Shown here: in pieces, positions 35,391 to 43,211 of the stretch
Numbering within the stretch: position 1 is the stretch's first letter
Layout of the letters: the number at the start of each line of letters is the position of its first letter
Source of the DNA: a bacterium
GTDB lineage: Bacteria > Patescibacteriota > Minisyncoccia > Minisyncoccales > UBA10102
Reading direction: 5' to 3'
Assembly: GCA_030647485.1 (NCBI GenBank)
Contig: JAUSJT010000002.1
Span: 1-58,849, forward strand
DNA length: 58,849 nt
Program-made: the position numbers and the translations under genes
The notes under the pieces: generated by a model
Databases searched by the model: none
What the model was told of the DNA's origin: nothing
Seen by the model: the letters and a program-made list of their open reading frames with translations, nothing else

Positions 35391-38300
35391 TTAACTCTTT
35401 TTCTTCCTTTTTTCCTGTCTTTGTGTTAATTCTTGCTTCCGTTGTTGATCTTTTTTGGCGCTTTCGTACTTCCTTTGCAAAGGCCTCCCTTCTTTCTCAA
35501 CTTTTGCCCTGATGCCATCGGATCCGTCCACCCTCTCCTTACTCCTTAAAATTCCCCCCCTTGTTCTAACGGCTTCTTCTTTCACCCTGTTTATCTCTTT
35601 GGAAATATCTGATTCTTCCCGTTGCAGTCTTGATAACTCTTCTCGGACCGCTGGATGTCTGGCTTGGCCTTCTGGCGTAAGTGTGCCAGCCTGTGCTGAG
35701 ACATTTAGCTCACGCAGCTCTTCTCTCTGTCTCGTGATCCTCTGTGCCACTTCGTCTAGATTCTTCTGCAAACCACCAAGGTCGCTCAGGGCGCCTTTTA
35801 ATATTTGCGTTTGTTCACCAATTTCCTGTATTTCTGTGTTGCCTTGGTCTATGAGTTTTTTGATGTTGTTTGGCATGTTTGGCTGAGTGTTTGGCAGGGG
35901 GGCTGGAGGTTTTGGCACCTGTCGTAGTTCAACTTCCATGTTCCCAATATTCTGTTCAGCTTGTTCAAACTGCTGGGTTGTCTGGTGGATTTGGCTTTCA
36001 AGGCGTCTGCGCTCTCCCTCTATGGCAGTAAGCTCTTGTCGCGCCAGGGAAATCTTCTGTCCTAGGTTTGCAATGTACTCAGGATGTAGACCTGGGGCTT
36101 GCATTTCTTGTTGTGTGTTTTCAATTTCTTGCAGAAGTTGCTGTCGGCGTGATTCTTGGGGAGCGATTCGAGTTATTTCCTCTTGTAGTTGGCGTTCTTG
36201 GTTTTGGCGTTGCGCTTGAAGACGGGTTCTTTGTTCCAGAAGCGCGCCATAGTTTTGTTCTTGTGGCGTTGTTGGGATACTAACTCCTCTGCGCTCCAGC
36301 TCTTGTTGTAGCGGCCTCGATCCCCGCTCTGCTGTTGCTCGTTTGCGGTAAGCCTCGATGTTTAATGCGTCCTGCTCTATTGTCTGTGTCGCTTGCGTAA
36401 TGTCGTTTTGCAGGCGCACCACGTCACTGAGAAGACGCTGCGTTGGCGTTACATCCTCATCCATAAGATCAAGCGTAGTTTCAATCTGCTGGATTCTTTT
36501 GTTCAGTTCCTTTGTCCGATCCCTTGCGCCTTTTCGTTGACCATCGGAAAAGCTCTGATCATGCGACAGCGCTTCTTGCTCTTTCCGTTCTGCATCAAGA
36601 CGGGTTCCTTCTGCGTATAAGTCGCTCGGGGTTTTCCCTTGCTGCTTTTTCGCAACCAGTTCTTCAATTTCTCGCCTTGTTATACCACTTCCAAGCCCCA
36701 AGCTCCTTGCTCCAGGGCTGTCCAGATAGCGCAGCACATCTTCTGCGTCGTTGTCCAAAAGCCAGTTTATACCAAGCCCGGTTTTTGCATGTCCACCTTC
36801 TTTAAAAATATACTCCATGATAGCTCTACTCTCTTCTTTTCTGGGGCGCCTGCCAAGCTGGCTCATAAAGTCAGCTCCCCGCCCCTTGAGAATCATTTCT
36901 AGGAAGAGCCGCCCCTCCTTTGTATTGGTATCAAAGTTTTGCGGAGCAATAGTGTCGCCCTGGAAGTCCTGCGCGTTAAATTTAGATGGGAGACTTCGTT
37001 TTTGGTTAGTTAAGAACTTTGCGTCTTTCCCGCTTCTTTCGATAACATTGCCGTGTTCGTCTACGTCTGCATCAAATCCATATGCCCTAGCATCAGAATA
37101 AATTTGTCCATAGAGTGATTTAAGAAGGGGACGGAATCCAGGAGGGCCTACTCTTTGCCCGTTCTTGATAACTCCCCCAATAACTTTTTTATTGAGTTGT
37201 CCAGATTTTAAGGCATCTTCAATATCGTCCCCATCGCCCCTGTTGCGTACTCCGTTCAGCATGCCCACAATTCTGTTCCAGTTTGCCAGAGGCCCCTTTG
37301 CCGTTTCTTCGTTGACCATGTTAAAGACCTGGAACGAGTCTTTATTGCCAACATCTTTAGTTCCCACTGCAACCTCTCGCTCGTCTTTAGCCCCTATGCG
37401 CATATCTAACTCTTTGCCCGTCATCTCAAGCCCGCCGCCAAGCAATGTTGCGCCGCGGCGTGCAAACCGCGCTACCCCACGCGTTACCACGCCAGCAGAG
37501 GCAGTGCTGATTTGCGCATTAACGTTCTGCAGATCCGTTTTCTTTTGGTCAAGCTCGGCAGCGTCTTTTGTACCCAGTTTTCCGTGGCTTTTTTTCTTTT
37601 TTGCCTCAAGCTCATCTATGCGCGCTTGTACTGCGCCTCGTTGCTTCTCCAGTACGGGTACGTTTATGGCAGAGCCAATCCTTCCCATGCCAGGAATTTT
37701 TCCGAGTACTCTGCCACCCCATCTTTCCAGGCGGGTTTTCTCTGCTTCCGCAACTTCTATACCTTGCCCCCTTTTCCTAATGTTCTCTCCAAACCGGCCC
37801 AGGGGGACTCTTCTTGCAACAGCGCCTCCAAGCCCCTTCCCAATCCCAACCCCCCATTGTTTTCCTTTGTCAATGACCGCGCTTGCGCCGGCAGGAGCCA
37901 GCTGCATACTAAGCGTGATGCCGATCAACAAAAGGAAAAGCGCGGTGAGGGGCGCAAAAAAAGAGGCAGCAAGAGAGGTAACAACTGCATCTGCGCCTAC
38001 AGAGGGAGGAAACTGTGCGCCCACGGCTTTTCCGGAAAGATAGAGAAAAAAACTTATGGGTATCCCAATAATAGACCACTGGATAAGATTACTCCACCAT
38101 TTTGTCCAAAGAAGAGTTCTTGTGGCTGGTAGGACGAGGGCTGCGAAAGCGAGAGGCGCAAGAATAGTAAGCGTCCATAGAATTATCACCCGTACCCCAA
38201 ATAGAAGCATGACAATAAAGTAAATGAGGGTGCCAAGCATATAATACAGGATTCTGGCAATGTTCTGGCCAAGGTTTTCTGCAGCGAGTTCAAGGGATGA

Positions 38301-38924
38301 AAATGGGTCTGTCCACCAGGCAGCATTAATAGATGCCTTCAAAAAGAAGTTTGTGATGATGTTCGATATATCAACAACAAAACCAACAAGCACGCCGCTG
38401 AAATTCACCAGCAAGGCAACAACAATGAGGAGGGGAAGCGTTTTCTGGAGTTGATAGGATTGCAGGCGTAGAATAGTGGCCAGTCCAATGAAAACCAAGA
38501 TAAGGAGGAAGAGCGCGTTAACAAAAAGGAGTGAAAAGCCCCATGCCTCCCGCACAAATTCAACTAGCGCGTCGTTACTGGGGCTTACTGGAATTGCGAT
38601 AAAGTAAGTGATAATCGCATGGAGCAAATTCCCCATGCCAAAATAGATGCCCCCGAGGAGTGACGCTATAGACCCGACAAACAGGTTGACAAACCACAGC
38701 AGGGCTTGTAAGAGCGGCTGGGCTTCTCCAACAAGGTCAGAAAGAAAAGGAATGTCGAACAGTGATGTAAGGGCAACCCCCCCAATAATTATGGGGATCC
38801 AGAAAAGCGCATCGGCAGTTGCTGGCGGGAAAACAGAGAAAAGCATAATAAGCGGCAAAGCAAAAACAAAAACCCTTTTGTTCTTTGTTATAATAGCCAC
38901 AAATTTTTTTAGATACTTTTGCAC
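35391..38924 (-). CDS. VirB6/TrbL-like polytopic membrane protein with a long charged/coiled-coil C-terminus (1177 aa)
   Basis: About 340 aa multi-TM N-terminus (LILVFIGLATILR..YQLQKTLPLLIVVALLVNFS, LAPLAFAA..WWSNLIQW), then a soluble Q/E/R/K-rich tail. Confidence 0.7.
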   Translation of the reverse strand: MQKYLKKFVAIITKNKRVFVFALPLIMLFSVFPPATADALFWIPIIIGGVALTSLFDIPFLSDLVGEAQPLLQALLWFVNLFVGSIASLLGGIYFGMGNLLHAIITYFIAIPVSPSNDALVEFVREAWGFSLLFVNALFLLILVFIGLATILRLQSYQLQKTLPLLIVVALLVNFSGVLVGFVVDISNIITNFFLKASINAAWWTDPFSSLELAAENLGQNIARILYYMLGTLIYFIVMLLFGVRVIILWTLTILAPLAFAALVLPATRTLLWTKWWSNLIQWSIIGIPISFFLYLSGKAVGAQFPPSVGADAVVTSLAASFFAPLTALFLLLIGITLSMQLAPAGASAVIDKGKQWGVGIGKGLGGAVARRVPLGRFGENIRKRGQGIEVAEAEKTRLERWGGRVLGKIPGMGRIGSAINVPVLEKQRGAVQARIDELEAKKKKSHGKLGTKDAAELDQKKTDLQNVNAQISTASAGVVTRGVARFARRGATLLGGGLEMTGKELDMRIGAKDEREVAVGTKDVGNKDSFQVFNMVNEETAKGPLANWNRIVGMLNGVRNRGDGDDIEDALKSGQLNKKVIGGVIKNGQRVGPPGFRPLLKSLYGQIYSDARAYGFDADVDEHGNVIERSGKDAKFLTNQKRSLPSKFNAQDFQGDTIAPQNFDTNTKEGRLFLEMILKGRGADFMSQLGRRPRKEESRAIMEYIFKEGGHAKTGLGINWLLDNDAEDVLRYLDSPGARSLGLGSGITRREIEELVAKKQQGKTPSDLYAEGTRLDAERKEQEALSHDQSFSDGQRKGARDRTKELNKRIQQIETTLDLMDEDVTPTQRLLSDVVRLQNDITQATQTIEQDALNIEAYRKRATAERGSRPLQQELERRGVSIPTTPQEQNYGALLEQRTRLQAQRQNQERQLQEEITRIAPQESRRQQLLQEIENTQQEMQAPGLHPEYIANLGQKISLARQELTAIEGERRRLESQIHQTTQQFEQAEQNIGNMEVELRQVPKPPAPLPNTQPNMPNNIKKLIDQGNTEIQEIGEQTQILKGALSDLGGLQKNLDEVAQRITRQREELRELNVSAQAGTLTPEGQARHPAVREELSRLQREESDISKEINRVKEEAVRTRGGILRSKERVDGSDGIRAKVEKEGRPLQRKYESAKKDQQRKQELTQRQEKRKKKS

Positions 38925-38958
38925 GAAGTTCTTTTATTATACTACACTTCCCTCATTG

Positions 38959-39684
38959 TTAGAAAGAAATTTCCCACCATTTGCCAAAGAATTTAGACTG
39001 GAACCCAAACAACGTCAAAATGATGTTCACAAGCATCCAGGCAAAGACCATAACAAGAAAGCCAACAAGAAAGGAACGGAACACGGTTTTAATGCGCGCC
39101 AGAGCGTTTGGCCCCCCAAGAGAGAAGTATGACGTTGCCCCCGTGATCACAGTCAGTATAAGAAGTACAAACAGGGATACTTTCCAGAGCACAAAATCAA
39201 GAAGGTTCTTTAAGAGCAAAAATATATGGGAGATGCCGCAAGGGTCGCTTTCGTCGTATCCTGGAGTAGAGGCGTCGTCAACTTCTCTGCCGCACGGAAT
39301 AAGTCCGCCGGAGAATTCTGCCGGAGCCAGAACAATTTCAAATGTTTCATCTCCGCTCCACACTACACATCCTGCTCCCTGGCCGTCATCGCAAGCGCTT
39401 ACTCGCCAATGGTAGGTTCCGGGTTCCAACCCGTAAATTGTCACAAGAGAAGAAGGGACAATAGCCGTCTTGGCAGAACCGTCCGGGAGGTCAATAAAAT
39501 ATTTATAAAAAGGCGCTCCCGTAGCGTTCCAGCGAAATTCAATTTTTCCCTTCCAGACAGGAGAATCAGATACCGTTGGGTAGAGAAGGGTTGGAGTATC
39601 AAGGGCGCCAAATACAAATCCAGGGTCAAAAACAAGAACACCCAGTATCAAAACAATTCCAATAAACCGCCCGATAAATCGCAT
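38959..39684 (-). CDS. Pilin-like protein with N-terminal FN3/Ig-like domain
   Basis: IYGLEPGTYHWRVSAC, then GLIPCGR..CGISHIFLLLKNLLDF and two TM helices. Confidence 0.65.
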   Translation of the reverse strand: MRFIGRFIGIVLILGVLVFDPGFVFGALDTPTLLYPTVSDSPVWKGKIEFRWNATGAPFYKYFIDLPDGSAKTAIVPSSLVTIYGLEPGTYHWRVSACDDGQGAGCVVWSGDETFEIVLAPAEFSGGLIPCGREVDDASTPGYDESDPCGISHIFLLLKNLLDFVLWKVSLFVLLILTVITGATSYFSLGGPNALARIKTVFRSFLVGFLVMVFAWMLVNIILTLFGFQSKFFGKWWEISF

Positions 39685-39717
39685 TGCTTTATTGTACCAG
39701 ATTCTCCGCATTTTATC

Positions 39718-39757
39718 CTTAATTCCATTAAGTTGTGGATAACTTAATGGGATTAAG
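39718..39757. repeat. 40-bp double-palindrome/DnaA-box element, copy A (contains the rsmA stop)
   Basis: CTTAATTCCATTAAG-TTGTGGATAA-CTTAATGGGATTAAG. Confidence 0.9.
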
Positions 39758-40610
39758 TTTGAGGGAGGGATTTTGCGAGAGCTATCCAATCCTCTACGGA
39801 AAGAGTCTCTGCTCTTTGAGTAGGTTGGACATCAACTTGGCTAAGCCAAGTTTCTACTTGGTGTCTTGAAAGTTTTAGCCCCTGCATAAGGTTGTTGCCA
39901 AGCTGCTTTCTTGGCTGTTTGAATCCCGCCTTTACCACCGTAAAAAACTTAATCTCATTAAATTGCGGATAACTTAATCTCTTTAAGTTGTGAGGGACTA
40001 TCTTAAGAATTGCGGAATCTACTTTTGGTTGTGGCCAAAAGCAGCCCTTCTTTACATATGAGACAATAGAGGGTTTTCCATAGACCTGTACCGAAACCGC
40101 CAGGAGACTCATTTCCGGTGGCTTTGCGCATATCCTTTGGCTAACCTCCTTTTGGACCATCAAGATCATAAGCTCTGGCTTATTCTCTGCTTCCAGAAAC
40201 ATGCGTATGACAGGAGAGGTAATATAGTAGGGCAGGTTTGCCACCACTTTATATCCTGTGTCCTTAATGAAATTAAGTTTCCTAGAACTTAATTTCATTA
40301 AGGAGAGGATGTCGCCCTGGATGATTACTATATTAGAGAGATCTTTGGCGGTTTCTTTTAGAATATCCACCATGACAGAGTCTTTCTCTACCGCAATCAC
40401 CCGTTTTGCACCTAGCGCAAGCTCCCGGGTTAGGGTTCCAATACCTGGCCCTATTTCAAGCACAGTATCTGATTTCTTAAGGCTCGCTGCCTTAAGAATA
40501 TCGTCAAGCACTCCTTTTGAGGTAAGAAAGTTTTGCCCCAAGCCCTTTTGAGGTTTCCTATCCTGCCGTTTGAGGAGTTCTTTTATAGTTTTTATAGAAA
40601 ATAGATCCAT
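39753..40610 (-). CDS. rsmA: 16S rRNA adenine dimethyltransferase
   Basis: KGLGQNFL, VLEIGPGIGTLT, AVEKD, VANLPYYITSP, MVQKEV, PKVDSA, RKQLGNNL, RAETLS. Confidence 0.96.
   Translation of the reverse strand: MDLFSIKTIKELLKRQDRKPQKGLGQNFLTSKGVLDDILKAASLKKSDTVLEIGPGIGTLTRELALGAKRVIAVEKDSVMVDILKETAKDLSNIVIIQGDILSLMKLSSRKLNFIKDTGYKVVANLPYYITSPVIRMFLEAENKPELMILMVQKEVSQRICAKPPEMSLLAVSVQVYGKPSIVSYVKKGCFWPQPKVDSAILKIVPHNLKRLSYPQFNEIKFFTVVKAGFKQPRKQLGNNLMQGLKLSRHQVETWLSQVDVQPTQRAETLSVEDWIALAKSLPQT
39948..39987. repeat. 40-bp element, copy B (in frame within rsmA)
   Basis: CTTAATCTCATTAAA-TTGCGGATAA-CTTAATCTCTTTAAG; encodes LKRLSYPQFNEIK. Confidence 0.85.
40263..40302. repeat. 40-bp element, copy C (in frame within rsmA)
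   Basis: CTTAATGAAATTAAG-TTTCCTAGAA-CTTAATTTCATTAAG; extends to a perfect 19-bp IR (40261-40304). Confidence 0.88.
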
Positions 40611-40621
40611 TGTTATGGTTA

Positions 40622-40667
40622 TGCCTAAGCCTCGCTTAGTTATCCCCACCTAAGTGAGGCTTAGGCA
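40622..40667. repeat. 40-bp element, copy D (upstream of rsmA)
   Basis: TGC-CTAAGCCTCGCTTAG-TTATCCCCAC-CTAAGTGAGGCTTAG-GCA; 18-bp stem with one wobble. Confidence 0.85.
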
Positions 40668-40682
40668 GGGAAGGGTCTGGGG

Positions 40683-40711
40683 TTGACTTTCCTCCTTGGA
40701 AAGGATATTAT
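40683..40711 (+). promoter_or_regulatory. Candidate sigma70 promoter of the LysM/M23 gene
   Basis: TTGACT-17 nt-TATTAT. Confidence 0.6.
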
Positions 40712-40723
40712 ACAGCGTATCCT

Positions 40724-41746
40724 ATGACAAGCCTTCAGGAAAGGGATTCCTACTCAAAACGGGGCACGAGCCCCCTTCTTTATGTAGCTTTGCCAGCTGC
40801 TTTTTTGTTGCTTGTGATGGGCTTTAGGACGCTAGACGGCTTGAACCCAAATAACTTTCTTGCTTCTTTTGTGTCTTTGCAAAATACAGGTGAGCTGAAC
40901 TCAAAGAGGGTAGCGGCTCCTGAAACCCCAGAATTAATGCTTGTTGCTAGAACAAGTATTCTTGCGGCCACTCCTCCCTTAGCCGTCACGCCTAGAGTGT
41001 TGGGAGCTATTGTAGGCCAGTTGGATGCCGATCTCAAACCCGAGGTTACCAGATATTTAGTGGAGGAAGGAGATACGTTTGGCTCCTTGGCAGAGAAGTT
41101 TGGGGTTTCTGTTGAAACCATAGCATGGGCAAACGACTTGAATACGAGTTCAGTTCTCAAGGCAGGGCAGGAGCTCATTATTCTTCCTGTTTCCGGGATT
41201 CTTCACCTTGTGCGGCCCAATGATACCCTAAGCGAAATTGTTTCCTGGTACCAGGGCACCAGCCAGGACATTATAGATTTTAACGGGCTAGAATCTCCAT
41301 CCTTGTTCGCAGGAGATATTCTCATCATCCCAAACGGGAAGATGCCAAAGGTTCTCCCGCAGGGACGCTTAACCCCCATTGCCAATTCTTACTTTATCTA
41401 TCCTGTCACAGCGCCGTATCGCGTGACCCAGGGCCTCCACCCATTTAACGCCGTTGATTTCAGCAACGGGCAGTGCGGAGAATCTATCTATGCTGCCGCA
41501 GGAGGAACCGTACAGCGTACAGGATACACCAGCTTGGGAGGAAATTACGTGAGAATTTTACATCCCAACGGCGTGGTGACTTATTACGGGCATCTCTCCA
41601 GCATTCTCACTAATCCGGGAGCCAGAGTGCTCCAGGGTCAGCTTATTGGTTATACCGGCTATACGGGCTATACTATTCCCCGTGGCCCCGCAGGATGCCA
41701 CGTGCACTTTGAGGTACGTGGAGCATCTAATCCATTTGCGAAATAG
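40724..41746 (+). CDS. LysM-domain M23 peptidase
   Basis: Two LysM repeats (YLVEEGDTFGSLAEKFGV, HLVRPNDTLSEI); HPFNAVDF, TYYGHL, CHVHFEV. Confidence 0.92.
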   Translation: MTSLQERDSYSKRGTSPLLYVALPAAFLLLVMGFRTLDGLNPNNFLASFVSLQNTGELNSKRVAAPETPELMLVARTSILAATPPLAVTPRVLGAIVGQLDADLKPEVTRYLVEEGDTFGSLAEKFGVSVETIAWANDLNTSSVLKAGQELIILPVSGILHLVRPNDTLSEIVSWYQGTSQDIIDFNGLESPSLFAGDILIIPNGKMPKVLPQGRLTPIANSYFIYPVTAPYRVTQGLHPFNAVDFSNGQCGESIYAAAGGTVQRTGYTSLGGNYVRILHPNGVVTYYGHLSSILTNPGARVLQGQLIGYTGYTGYTIPRGPAGCHVHFEVRGASNPFAK

Positions 41747-41775
41747 CAGAGAAGCTCAACAAAGAGCTTCTCTTT

Positions 41776-42141
41776 TTATCCTTGTTTCCCAGAGCACATG
41801 ACGCAGAACCTTGCTCCTGGAGAAACAATCAGGCGTTCTTCTTCTATTTGCATGCCGCAACTCTCGCATGCGCCATAGTTCCCCTGTTCAATCTTGCCTA
41901 GCGCGTTGTCTACATCCTGAAGTTGAGTTTCTAGATTATGTTCTATGGGGAGAGACGTGGAGTATTCTTCTACTTCTCCTGCCGCTTCTTCCAGGCCTCC
42001 TTCTGGCACCCGAGGATATTTTGAATCCCAGTCTCCTTTGAGGTTGGGATCTTTTGTTGCAAAAGAAGAAAGCATCGTTTGGAGGCTCTCTTTTTTCTTG
42101 AGAAGTCCCTCTCGTATTTTTGCTTGAGTGTTTTTGTCCAT
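41776..42141 (-). CDS. DksA/TraR C4 zinc-finger protein
   Basis: ALGKIEQGNYGACESCG..IEEERL..PGARFCVMC. Confidence 0.88.
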   Translation of the reverse strand: MDKNTQAKIREGLLKKKESLQTMLSSFATKDPNLKGDWDSKYPRVPEGGLEEAAGEVEEYSTSLPIEHNLETQLQDVDNALGKIEQGNYGACESCGMQIEEERLIVSPGARFCVMCSGKQG

Positions 42142-42163
42142 AAGAAATTTCTATCTTTTATTA

Positions 42164-43210
42164 TCACCTACTTTGTATTATCAGGTCAACCGCTTTAGTC
42201 AAGCTCTCAAAAGAAGTGGCAAGGATAAGCTTTGTGCCAAAGAGGGTATATACAACCCCAAAGTCCAGTGCCGAGAACGTCTGGAATCTGACCAGGCTGT
42301 TCTGGTGAACAGTCTGTCTAAAAAAGGGAGTATAGGCAGATCCTTTCTGTCCTACAATTCCCCAAAGCTGTTTTGTGTCTTGCTCAAGAGTTGTTTCCCA
42401 CGTCCTCAATATGTCCTGTACTCCTTCAATCTGATAAAGCTCTCCTATAAACCCGAGGCGTTTCCTTCCAGGAGAAGAATATACAAACAGCATAAAGTCT
42501 TTTTTGAACAGGGCAAGCAGGGGTTCTGGCAAGGCCACAGCTGCTTTATTCAGGAATTCTCTCGTGGTTAAGAATGTTTTGTCTTCTGTGTTTTGCAGGC
42601 GAATCCTTGTAAACCCTTGCAGATATTCTTCTTTGAGGGTGTTAGACAAAAGCGAGAGAAGATTGTCTGCCACAGCAACCTCAATAGTTTTTTCTTGTAC
42701 CGCGCCAAAGAACAGAACTGGAGTTGGGGCTACGCCTTCCCCGCCAACATCCAAAGAAGTTGTGGCGGGTTCGGTGGGCGAAGCAGGGGCTGGCTCTGTT
42801 GTAGGAGTTTGTTGGGGGGCAGGAGTAATCTCCGCCATCTTCTTTCTTGTAAAATACCAATAGCCAAACGCGAGCCCATTTGACAGTATAAAGAGAAGAA
42901 CTCCTATGACTATGAGCCTAATGACAATCTTTTCAGAATGTGTTTTCGCCTTCACGAATACGGGCTTTTGTACTTCTGCATGGGGCATGAGAGAGGGGGG
43001 TATTGGCTGGGGTTGAGGAATTTTCATGCCTGTCTCGGTTTCCTTCTTGGGTTCTTCCGTTTTGATCTGAGTTATACGTTCCCGTTCTTTTTTCGATTCC
43101 TCCTCTCGGAGCAGGGCTACATCCTTTGCCATAGTCCTCACCTCTTCTCGTTTAAGAAATTGAAGGGTTTCTTCAACCTCTGGCTTTTTTGAAGGGAGGG
43201 GTTCTGCCAT
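42164..43210 (-). CDS. Hypothetical single-TM protein with Pro-rich linkers
   Basis: 348-aa ORF co-oriented and tightly packed between pnp and the dksA-like gene. Confidence 0.75.
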   Translation of the reverse strand: MAEPLPSKKPEVEETLQFLKREEVRTMAKDVALLREEESKKERERITQIKTEEPKKETETGMKIPQPQPIPPSLMPHAEVQKPVFVKAKTHSEKIVIRLIVIGVLLFILSNGLAFGYWYFTRKKMAEITPAPQQTPTTEPAPASPTEPATTSLDVGGEGVAPTPVLFFGAVQEKTIEVAVADNLLSLLSNTLKEEYLQGFTRIRLQNTEDKTFLTTREFLNKAAVALPEPLLALFKKDFMLFVYSSPGRKRLGFIGELYQIEGVQDILRTWETTLEQDTKQLWGIVGQKGSAYTPFFRQTVHQNSLVRFQTFSALDFGVVYTLFGTKLILATSFESLTKAVDLIIQSR

Positions 43211-43211
43211 A

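Noticed and set aside
39685-39789. N-terminal extensions in the ORF track (39789, also 40649, 46730, 49451, 2595, 3370)
   Set aside because: The extensions run through repeats, tRNAs or neighbouring genes. Downstream starts fit homolog N-termini and the -10 spacing pattern.
42740-42770. Degenerate CCGCCA..TGGCGG hairpin in the hypothetical gene
   Set aside because: Pairing is imperfect and may be chance.
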